64,000 nucleotides of DNA from Antedon mediterranea (lineage: Eukaryota > Animalia > Echinodermata), in assembly GCF_964355755.1 (NCBI RefSeq), contig NC_092673.1:11380948-11444947 (forward strand), given 5' to 3'. The translations under genes and the position numbers were made by a program. The notes under the pieces were generated by a model. That model saw only the letters and a list, made by a program, of their open reading frames with translations, was not told where the DNA came from and searched no databases. Positions 52,877 through 64,000 of the stretch are shown piece by piece; the stretch's first letter is position 1; every line of letters starts with the position of its first letter.

Positions 52877-54494
52877 AGGGGGATTCTGGGTTTAAAATTG
52901 CTTTTAAATATCGTTTATTTATTAAATAAAAAATATCATAACAATATAGACATGTCAGAATGAAGAAGTAATAACGAGAAATTAAAAAAAATTAATTTCA
53001 TATATATTTTAGGGTAAATTCATGGAAAGTCTGTTTTTCAGCAGCTTAGGGAAGCTCATTAATATTCATGAGATATTCACAAAATCACGTCATCAGTGGA
53101 TTCCAAACTCGCAACGTCATGTACGTTGTGTTTGTTAACTTCAAATCTCTCTCCCCTGTCAACAAACGACAACCACCCGATCATTGTGAAATACATTTTT
53201 TGTAGATTTTCTAAGCTAGGCCTAAAGTGTAATAATAACAGTAGTAGCATATATTTATTTGACATAAATACAACATTTAGTAAAGATTACGGAGTCTTAA
53301 ATTATATACTATTTTTATACCTCGAATAGTACAGATCGTATTATCGGCTTCACGTACTAGGCTAGGCCTAGCCTAAATCATTTGTTTTCATGGGTGAGAG
53401 CCATTCTGACTAGGGATTCCATGCCACGATGGCTACGTTAAAACATTGGGGCCCATCATGGGCCTAGCTAGCCTACTAAACGATTGGCCCATAATAATAA
53501 AACTCGGTGGATTCCAAACATATCCTATCAACCAAACTCCTAAACAATCTAAACCTAAAACATTCTACAAAATCGGCTGTAAATATTGAGGCAAAAAAGG
53601 TACGATCGCCGTCCGCACGTATGGTGTCCCGATCGTCTAAAAGTAGGCCTAAAATAGGCCTAGTTTACTCTCCAAAAAGCAGATACTGCATCAAGCAAGT
53701 AGACCAGGTAGTAGGAAGGAGACCTAGCCGATTCGGCCCAGTTAAAAATTGAGCTAGCTAGTGTAGTAGACCCTATATGCGAATTGATACTACCAGGCCT
53801 TTTAATAAAGTATTATTTATAGGCTTGTTAAAATTAGCAATATACTTATGTTTACAAATATTCCAACTCTCTCATTCGAGCTATATTATCTATACCATTC
53901 CGGTAGGTCGAGTCGACCTTCAACCAAATACTGTACTGTACATCGTTCATGTTGTGATTATAGACGGGGTATACTCGACCCGACCAGTTTGGTATTGTAT
54001 ACTGTATCTGCTTATCACGTGACATGCCAGGCATGGGCAGGTAGAGCACGTGTATCGTCGTCTCGCTCTCCTCGCTCAGCAGGAATGCATACGTTACGCT
54101 TCATTGATTTTGAAGGCTTTCCCTAAGTCAGTGCGAAAATCGGCAAACGTAAAGTGCAAACATATCTAATTTTTCACTGTTTTGATGAATTTTCATAGAA
54201 AATTGACTTTATAAATGGGAAGACCGACTAAAATTACATTAGATAAGTATAATTTCACAAAAGTAATTAATATGGTTAATGATAACGAGTCGTCGGAACA
54301 TTGACCATTTCCCGAATTTCCTATTCTGTAAACACAGTGTCATATCGCCGTAGCTGCACTTGCAATCTGGCCTCATTTCACAGCCTTCGTTCTGCTTCAC
54401 TGGGCGCTTATATAAATTGAAACTTTTACCGTTCAAGAGACAAACAAATATATTTTACATTTTTTACTATTCATTTTAAACCCGGAACCCCCCT
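52877..54494. mobile_element. Kolobok-like non-autonomous element (TTAA TSD)
   Basis: TTAA|AGGGGGATTCTGGGTTTAAAAT..ATTTTAAACCCGGAACCCCCCT|TTAA. An orphan left end also occurs near 44215. Confidence 0.8.
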
Positions 54495-55035
54495 TTAAGT
54501 ATATTTTAGTTTTCCTCAACATAGCATTAACATTTATAACATCTTTCAATATTTAAACAATGATTTGTTGTATCACTACACTTTATTCTAGGCAAGGCTT
54601 CCTTCTTAGTCTTTATAGTAAGGCATAAAAACGTCTTGAAACCTCTAGCACCACCATGCAATAATCCTGCCTATTACTTAAAATAAACGCTTTAAAAAAA
54701 TGCCGACGTTAATTGTACAGTGCCGGCGATTTATTGCCGACGTACTTTCTTGCTAATTTTGAGGGCTGTCTGTGTGAAAAAAATTGCGTGTTTTGCACAA
54801 AGTGTTCTAGCCTTTTCTAGTAATTTTACCAACTTTAAACAATTTCGACTTTAAATGACGTCATACGAGCATGTAGAATTGGACAATTTGCGCGTGCTTT
54901 TAATGAAAAAAAATCAAAATTTAGTCAAAATTATGCCAGTTTGTAGTTTCTAAACTACAAGGTGAAAGTTATTTTTATTACATATTCTGGAAGTTGATGA
55001 GTTGTAGATATTGGATCATGCATTAATATGGCTAA

Positions 55036-56272
55036 CAGGGCTGAAAATTAACCTTTAAACCATAGTGGCCAGCAGGGCCAGTTGAAGTTGAAGGATGGTC
55101 GCCCTTATTAAAAATGGCTGGCCTTTATTAATTTTTTGTACAATTTTTTTTTGCCAGACGGGGGTGGGGATAAACACCCCCCCCCCCCCCCCCCCCCCGG
55201 GCACAACAAGTGTATACTGTACCTCTCCCCTAAAATCCCCCACATCCACCTTCACACACAATATTTTCTGTGGGGATCGTATTATTCTACAGTAAAAAAA
55301 CTCAAGCCAATTTTTTTTTTTATGGCCTGGGTAGATTGGGTTTCAGGAGCCTGGAAAATCCTGTCCTGGTCAACTATGCCTTTAGCCTCTAGCTACTAGG
55401 TAGCTTTTCTAGCCTAGCTTGTTGGCCTAGAAATCAGACAGAAAACTTGAAAAGTATTTACCTGCAATTCATAAATTATACAATTCTAAAATGCAACAGC
55501 CATTAAAATATTGATAATAAGTTACAAAGTGTCATTTTAAAATAATTAAGAAAGATATTTGATCGTGTTTACATGTGTCACACATGGGCGCACACACAAT
55601 AATAATATAGGGGAGGGCTGAGAGAGCTTTTAGAAGATGCTGACGTCACACGTCAGCACGTGTTTTGAGGAGGATTTGAGTGACCAAAATTGGTTAGAAC
55701 TTTCGAAGAAATAATCCATCTTCAAAATGACATAATTAAAGCAAATAAGTTTTTAAATAATAAACATTATATTTAGGCCTCCTATATTAATGTTTCCTTT
55801 TAAAATTAAATATATTTTATTAACTCGTTCCATAAAACATTTAGTAAGCATAAAAGGAAAAATTATTGGTTGGGACATGTGCTTCCTGTAAAGGAGGTGT
55901 TTCTATGACACCGTACTGGTTGCACTATGAGGCGATGAAGTAAACTCGCCCTTGAATGCAGGCAGGGGAATCCCCTTTCTTGGTAGTGTACCACCTCGCA
56001 CTGGGAGATAGAGCGCGATTAATTGCTCTCCTTTTCGAAGGTTGTTGAGTGCGATCTCGCTCGCGATCCTTAAAAACAAGGGACTGCTATTAGGCTTGTA
56101 GCTTTATAACTTAGCTTATATATTATTAGCCTAGGCCTAGATTGGTTATAAAAGGTAGGTGGATGCAGTTTCTGGAAGTCGCCAGACGGGTCGACCATCA
56201 CCAAATTAATACTCGCCCTTACCAAATAAAGGTCGCCATTGGCGACCGGGCGACCGTTAATTTTCAGCCCTG
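55036..56272. mobile_element. hAT-like element with 6-bp TSD
   Basis: GGCTAA|CAGGGCTGAAAATTAAC..GTTAATTTTCAGCCCTG|GGCTAA. Confidence 0.85.
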
Positions 56273-56415
56273 GGCTAACCAGACTTGTGACGTCATCGTA
56301 TGGCCACACAAATATAAAATATAGGATTTTTGTATCTTTTGTCATAGCTCTTCACATTTAATAGAGCGCATCTCCACCTTATTTTACTCTAATTCCAATA
56401 TTGATTTATTATTTA

Positions 56416-58480
56416 CAGTACCGGACAGAATTATTGCAGATTTTGAACGCATTCAACGCATTGTTAAAGTGTTGACAACGCGTTGAAACTGCGTTGTCCG
56501 TTGGCGTTGAAAGTGTTGAGTTCGTTGAACTGTTTATTCAACCAACACAATGTGTTGCGTTGAGTTTGCGTTGAAATAACGAACAATCGGATTCGTATGG
56601 TATTTACAGATTGCCAGTGTGTATTAGTAGTAGTAGTAATAGTATAAAATACAGTATTACAAATATTTAAGAAAACAAACATAATGTGTATTTTTCCGCG
56701 GAAACCTAGCTTAATATATTACACTAGGCTAGGCCTACTACTAACGAGTAGGCCCCGTGTGTATATGAGCCGCGTCTGCCATCGCAGTTAAAAGTAGTGC
56801 AGTAGTGGTCATGTCCTTAATTACTGTGTGCCTATATTAACTGGAGTATTAAATACCAAAGTTAAGGCGGCGGTGAATCTTGGAGGCTAGGTCACATCGT
56901 AATTAATTATTTCCAAACTAAAAACTTCGCAGTACTGTACTACATTTTTCTCGATTTATAAAAACAGCGTAAAAACAACGTAGCCTACACCCGCCGCCAT
57001 GGAAGGCAACAATACACCACAAACATAACGATCCAGCATGGTCGTTCGTCGTCTTTTTCACGCATGCTTTTCGTGACGTGAGGGACGAACTGATCGAAAG
57101 GTGAAGAGTTCATTCATTATGAAATAACGCGTAATTAAAAGGGAAAAAATCGTTTAGTTTTATTATTATCCATAAATATATCATTATCATGTATTATATT
57201 ATAAATTAATTATTGTGATGCCTAACGTAACCCATGCAGAGAAAAGCGTTAAATATAATAACCAAGAAATAGGAATGACCAATTTGATGACAATAGGCAA
57301 TGTTAGGCGTTTTCTTTAAAATCAAAACCTGTGCCATACCATATTATTCACGCCAAGGTGTAACCCACAAATATTTGAATAACCAAACAATTCAGAATAA
57401 AGAACCACTTTATTCTGATGCAAGACAATCTATTATTACAGGCGAGGTTTAGGCGTTTTCTCTTTAACATACTATTGTTTTGTTTCTTAATATATTGGCC
57501 TCCTCCTGAAACGGTATGAATGGGATGGGAGTTGCGAGAATATGCGAGCGAACAGCCAACATTTTAATCAGTTTACAGTGTTATGCTTTTCAAAACGCGC
57601 AACGTTTTCAACGCGTTCAACGCTATGGGATTCAATTGTTTAACGTCGTCAATGAACGGTCAACGGGTTCAACACATTCAACACGCTCTATTGTTAACGT
57701 ATTCAAAACGCTTTTTGTACTTAAAAATGTAATGTTGTTCGATTTATAAAGATTTAAATTGGTTCATGGGTTTCGGACACGTCAAATTTTTTAGTTCTTT
57801 CAAATTACATTACAACAAACAATGGGACAATTATAAAATAAAAACCAAAATAGAGAAACAATATTTTAACTTTATCTCTTGAATCTCGAACAGCTAAAAA
57901 ATGTAGGCCTGAATAAAATTAATTACTTCGTCGTCATTAACGATCGTTAAATACGTCATAACACACGTGGTGTTTTTCTTGAGGAAACCAGGGTGGCGGC
58001 CTCGTGTGTTGATGTCAGTAATTTCCACGTTGTTTGATTTTACGACGTGAGATCGTGTTTTCCCCCGGAAGGCCTACAGTACAGTGTTAACTGTTAGACT
58101 TGGCATCGACCTTATTATTCGATGTTTTCCTTCACTAAACACTGGGAAATATCACTGTGTGTTTTATTTGGTAACTGTCCGTTCAATACTTAAAAATATA
58201 TCTAAGCTTCATATATATTTTATTTATATTAAAATATCTGGTAGTGACTGCCGATAGGTATTTTGCCTGTTGTTGTTACTGATCGTTCAGGCGTGCAATC
58301 GGCCAGTCTAGTGCTGCAGCAGCTAGCGTTGAAATAACTAATTGTTTACTTGACATGCTGATAATGACTTTCGTTGAATAAACAACTAAACGTTGAAAGC
58401 CATTCAACGCAACGCAAACACAACGCAACGACAACGTGTTGAATGCGTTGGGATTTTTGCAATAATTCTGTCCTGTACTG
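56416..58480. mobile_element. Tc1/mariner-type non-autonomous element (TA TSD)
   Basis: TA|CAGTACCGGACAGAATTATTGCA..TGCAATAATTCTGTCCTGTACTG|TA, with CAACG/CGTTG repeat clusters. Confidence 0.8.
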
Positions 58481-58889
58481 TACTACATTCAATGATGAAT
58501 TAACAAAATTTTGTGACTGGTTTATTTCAAACAAATTACTTATTAATACTCTTAAAACAAATTATTTAATTTTTCACAATTCTCAACGTAAACTAAAAGT
58601 TGATAACCTAAATATACTTCTTGACGGAATTCAAATTGAACGTAAAACTGAAACACTTTTTTTAGGTGTATATATTAATGAAAACCTTAAATGGACCAGT
58701 CATCAAAATTACGTTTCGAAAAAAATATCAAGATCTATTAGTATTATTAACAGACTTAAGCACTTCTTCCCTCTAAATATTTTAATTTCTCTTTATAACA
58801 CACTTGTACTTCCTTATTTCCAGTATTGTAACATTATTTGGGCTGCAGATTACTCTTCTAATATTGCTAGATTAACTAAATTACAAAAA

Positions 58890-60211
58890 CTAGATGGTAC
58901 GCTCGCTTCGCTCGCGTACCATCTAGGTCGTGCCCACAGATGGTTCTCGAATACACAGTAATTTCAGCGTAACAAAACTGGTGATTTCAAATGTACGTAC
59001 CGCAGGACTATAGGCCTATACATTGTCGTTTACAGAAACGAATAAATTGACACGATGATTTATGTAGTCAACTAAAATTAGCACCCTGGGAATTACTTCC
59101 GAAGGAGAAACTTATCACAAAATGAGTCCAAGTTTTTGATTTGGACTCATTTAAAGAAACCCAATTTGTGTTTTGTATGTAACATTAGGGTTGAGGGATG
59201 GGAAAGCGGATAGGTACAAAGAGGAACAATTGTTAAATATATTCTTTATCCACTCAGTAACGAAATATTTTTTTCATGTTTTATAGGCCTATAAATAATA
59301 TACCTCTAAATACAGTAAAACATTTGCGATTTAATACTTTTTTTATTTTATTTATTTATTTATTTATTTTAAATATTCATTGTACACTAATTTTCCCCGT
59401 GTATGGCAAGAGATTCCTAATTATATTAGAGAACATTCTTTATTTAGTTTAGTTAAAACTGTCACTGTCATAATCGATTGAAATATTAAAGTACCATGTC
59501 ACGATACACCACTACGACGTTTATATTTGGTAATTATTAATTAATACAAACGTTGAGAAAGAACTGTCAGTATAAAGTTTATTTGTATATAATAATGTGT
59601 TTATATATCTAACAGTAGAGCCTATCCACAATCTCGCAAGTTTATTCTCAAAGGGCCCATATATTTACCTACCGTATGTGTTAAACCAAGGGCTCATAAA
59701 TTTACCTACAGTACTTGTGTTAAACCAAACTCTGGCAGACTGAGAGATTGGGATGTTCCATTCATCGCAAATCAATAGATTTGTATAATCGTATATTAAA
59801 TCTATCAAAATAGTATTTTTTAAAGAAAATCGGCCTGTCTTCAACATTATGATGGTGTACTCTAGCTGTTCAACCGGTTTTCAGCTATTAAAAACAATTA
59901 TCGTAGGAGGAGATAGGAAAATGCGAAGCCTCCTCGCATTTTTGTGGCGGGTATTTTTCAAGACGGACATCCATTATACAGTGTATACCACGGTCGGAAA
60001 ACACCCCTATTTGGGGCAAATCTTGGAACCTAAATTCGTTTTAACCGTCAATAACTTATTATCTAACTTAATTTAATTAGTAAACAGGGTTACATCAGGT
60101 GGTTAAAATCAGTACCGAAAGTACGAACCAACTTTATATACCATCGAGTAAAAATTATAGAAGTAAGGCACGATTTACCGAATTTTGCCCTTACGTAAAT
60201 TTATATATAGA
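58890..60211 (-). mobile_element. Non-autonomous Helitron (family C), complete
   Basis: The minus strand starts TCTATATATAAATTTAC and ends with the hairpin GATGGTACGCGAGCG-aag-CGAGCGTACCATCTAG. No TSD. Confidence 0.88.
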
Positions 60212-60343
60212 CGTGCAGCTAGAATTATTACTTTTTCACCATATAGAACCTCATCTGAACCCCTTTTTAAACGTCTTGGTATATTAAAATTAACGGATAT
60301 CCACAATGTTCAAGTTGCCAGTTTTATGTTTAATTATTTTAAA

Positions 60344-63300
60344 CTAGATGGTCGTGCCCACAGATGGTTCTCGAATACATAATAATTTCAGCGTTAAAAA
60401 ACTGACAATTTCAAATGTACGTACAATAATACATGTCGTTTACAGAAACGAATAAATAGACACTGATTTATGTACTCAACTAAAACTAGATTTAATTCGT
60501 CACTATGACGAATTATAGGTTACTAGATGGCACGCTCGCGTACCATCTAGGTCGTGCCCACAGATGGTTCTCGAATACACAGTATTTCCAGCGAGAAAAA
60601 AATGGAGATTTCAAATGTACGTACCGCAGGACTATAATACATTGTCGTTTACAGAAACGAATAAATATACACAATGATTTATGTAGTCAACCAAAATTAG
60701 CACCCTGGGAATTACTTCCGAGAGAGAGAAACAAATTTTTTTATTTGGACTCATTTAAACAAACCCAATTTGTGTTTTGTATGTAACATTAAGGGTTGAG
60801 GGATGGGGGAAGAAGATAGGTACAAAGAGGAAACATTTTAAAATATATTCTTATCCACTCAGTAACGAAATATTGTTTTTAATGTTTTATAGGCCTATAA
60901 ATAATATACCACTAAATACAGTAAAACATTTACGATTTAATACGGTACTTTGTTAAAACTCTCACTGTCATAGTCGATTGAAATAGTAAAGTACATGTAA
61001 CGATACACCACTACGACGTTTATATATTTTTAAATTATTAATTAATACAAACGTTGAGAAGCAACTGTCAGTAATAACGTTTATTTATTTGTATATTATA
61101 TGTTTATAATCTAACAGTAGGACCTACCCACACTCACAGTAATAAAGTTTATTTGTATATATTTTTATATTACATCTAACAGTACCAACACTCACAGTAA
61201 GAAATTTGCGATTCAAATTGCGATCAAAAGTGGTTAATACCTTAACAGTATTGTACAGCATTGCAATACTATTTATGTTTATTCTCCAAGGGGGCCCATA
61301 AATCTAAATCTATACCTCTATGGTTAAACCAAATAATTTGGAATGTTTATTTGTATATTATATGTTTATAATCTAACAGTAGGGCCTACCCACACTCACA
61401 GTAATAAAGTTTATTTGTATATATTTTTATATTACATCTAACAGTACCAACACTCACAGTAAGACATTTGCGATTCAAATTGCGATCAAAAGTGGTTAAT
61501 ACCTTAACAGTAATTGATTTTTAAAAGATATATTGATTGATTGATTTTCTCAGAATCTTTAATTATTTATAATATATGATAGGACCTTGCTAACGCGAAC
61601 ACCATAGCCGGTATCACAATCCGATCAAAGATCCATATGCGTATAATGTCATAAACCACATTTGTTGTTACATAATAATAAAGACATAAGTTAATTTTTA
61701 TCTAGATTTCATTATAAATCATGTGTATAATCTATACACTAAGAAATAAATTTGAACAAACAATACGGATAATAAAAAAAAAATCTTATTTCGTTTCCCA
61801 AGGTGAGACTCGATCTCGGTACCTTGAATGCCATAGACACGAGCACAGACCATCGAGCCATACACAACTGACTAAACGTTGTAGAAAAATTCCTCTTTGT
61901 ATTTACTATGCAGTAACCACTTTGATGCAAATAGATTATTACATACCGAAATGAATTATAATTTTTTACTATGATGACATCTTTAAAATGTATACAAATG
62001 ATGCACTGTCAAACTACATACTTTTAACTTTAATATATGAATTTTTGAAGGAAGAAAGTTAATGTTAAGTTTGTTATTTTGGCCTAAGAAAATGTCATAA
62101 TTTGTTTGATTGTCGAAATTATTTTTTTTAAATTTAATATGCAATTAATGATGACTTAATCAACTTTTGTTCTCTTTATTTGATAATAAATCATACATAT
62201 GATACATACACTTCAAGAAAATGAAATAAAAAATAGGTGTTCCCCTGCATTCTGGCGATATATATTAATTTTAAAATTTAGCATATTTTCACCATTTTGT
62301 TAACTTATACGTGCGTAGCCAGTCACTTTTGACGTGCTCGTATAACGCAATTTCGAGTTGAAACCTGAATCAAATATGATGATATTATTAAAGAAAGATT
62401 GTAAAACAGAAATCGGGCAAAAAGAGTGCGCATTAACGTTTAACGCGCAGTGCGCGTGCAAAAATCTGCGCACTCATGGCAATTTTTTAAACGCTTAAAA
62501 TTGCCTGAAACGTACTCTAATTTCATTGAAAATAAATTTTGACAATTTTGAACATTTTAAGCGCGCGTACGCAAGCGTTATATGCGCTACACACGTAATT
62601 GTATTGCCATATGATGAAATATGACCTGAAATTTATGAGTACCAAATTTTGTTTAATTGTGATTCATGCTTGTGAAGATATGATTACAAACGTGATTTCG
62701 TTAAATCGCGCGTAGACCGCGTAATTTTTGATTGCGCATCGTGAAAACATAACCACATCGATTCCTGGCCATAAGGAATATACAGTACTCTGAAAAATTG
62801 ACTTAGTTAGATGAAACTGATATCAAGATAATTGACGGACAAATAGTGCTAAGGAAAGAATAAATAAATAAATAAATAAAGATTTTGACAGAATCAAGAG
62901 GTTATATGCATATCATGCATATAACCTAATAAATAAATAAATAAATAAATAAAGATTTTGACAGAATCAAGAGGTTATATGCATATCATGCATATAACCT
63001 AATTAGCACCCTGGGAATTACTTCCGAAAGAGAAACTTGTCACAAAATGAGACCAATTGTTGGTTTTCAATTGTTTCTTAGAGCCAATTCATACTTAAGT
63101 TGGTTCCTACCCTACCCACCAAAGTTGTTTTGCGTTTAGGGCATATGATGCACCGTAGGCCTATCAGGCTCTACTATGGCTTTACAACGCTACTCATGCC
63201 AGTGAGGGAAGGGTGATGATATGGGTGGTTTAACTGCAATAATAAAGATTTGTACATAATATACGGCGACTGAAAACGCTAGCACCAGCTCATTATCCGT

Positions 63301-63893
63301 TTAAAAAAAATTATATCCAACCTCTACAGCACAGATTGAAAAAAAAATGGATCGAATTTCTGTTATGAGTATACAGTACTTTCCTTTACGACGCCTGAGG
63401 GAATAGACACTTGTGGAACGACACTGAGATTGGAATGTTCCATTCATCGCAAATCAATACATTTGTATAAACGTATATTAAATCTATCAAAATAGTATTT
63501 TTTAAAGAAAATCGGCCTGTCTTCAACATCATGATACTGTACTCGAGCTGTTCAACCGATTTTCAGCTATTAAAAACAATTATCGTAGGAGGAGATAGGA
63601 AAATGCGAAGCCTCCTCGAATTTTTGTGGTGGGTATTTTTCAAGATTGACATCCATTAGACAGTGTATACCACGATCGGAAAACACCCTATTTGGGGCAA
63701 ATCGTTGAACCTAAATTCGTTTTAATCGTCAATAACTAATTATCTAACTTAATTTAATTAGTAAACAGGGTTACATCAGGTGGTTAAAATCAGTACCGAA
63801 AGTACAAACCAACTTTATAATACCATCGAGTAAAAATTCTAAAAGTAAGGCGCGATTTACCGAATTTTGCCCTTACGTAAATTTATATATAGA
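60344..63893 (-). mobile_element. Second family C Helitron with a nested chimeric element
   Basis: Same TC start (63893) and CTAG end (60344). The body matches 58890-60211 but is split at AACTAAAA|TTAGCACC. Confidence 0.85.
60486..63002 (-). mobile_element. Chimeric Helentron/Helitron-like element nested in the family C Helitron
   Basis: 5' TTAGGTTATATGCAT-gat-ATGCATATAACCT hairpin (duplicated); 3' TAACCT..AATTCGTCA-tag-TGACGAATT-aaat-CTAG. Carries family C and family B pieces. Confidence 0.75.
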
Positions 63894-64000
63894 AACCAAC
63901 TTCCTATTTCTATGACTGATATGCTCTGTAAACTTACCAAATTTCACAATTACAATTTAAGAACTTCTCATTTAAACATTCCTTTTGCTAGACTTACTAA

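Larger units (their letters stand above)
50849..54768. mobile_element. hAT-like element with 6-bp TSD, hosting nested insertions
   Basis: TCTGTG|CAGCCCTCAAAATTA..TAATTTTGAGGGCTG|TCTGTG. The host family A fragment resumes after the TSD. Confidence 0.8.
58490..64000 (+). pseudogene. CR1/L2-type LINE RT C-terminus in three pieces (58490-58889, 60212-60343, 63894-64000)
   Basis: ..FLGVYINENLKW..LYNTLVLPYFQYC..LQK|RAARIITF..MFNYFK|NQLP..HNYNLR reads through once both Helitrons are removed. Confidence 0.85.

Noticed and set aside
55177-55198. Long C/G homopolymers (also near 9833 and 35011) as functional G-quadruplexes
   Set aside because: They lie in or next to transposon remnants, with no other support for function.

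Overview
AT-rich, repeat-dense genomic DNA from an invertebrate animal (GT-AG introns, LINE/SINE/hAT/Kolobok/Helitron debris; an echinoderm-like source is a guess). Two spliced genes can be rebuilt by hand. (1) On + at 361-1948 are the last four exons of an HMG-CoA reductase-like gene. Its motifs (ENFIG, ASYNRG, GDASGQNIV, GQDPACVAES) match the bacterial-type class I clade rather than animal HMGCR, so it is a candidate intronised horizontal transfer. (2) On - at 38988-15512 is a 10-exon, 827-aa CIZ1/Pep-like protein with four matrin/U1-type zinc fingers. The rest is nested transposon sequence: hAT-like elements with 5-, 6- and 7-bp target-site duplications (TSDs), TTAA Kolobok-like and TA Tc1/pogo-like MITEs, Harbinger Myb remnants, a Ginger-like OTU remnant, a tRNA-SINE, and Helitron/Helentron-like elements. 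Two Helitrons split a LINE reverse transcriptase (RT) frame that is restored exactly when they are removed. All coordinates were read by eye; no searches were run.
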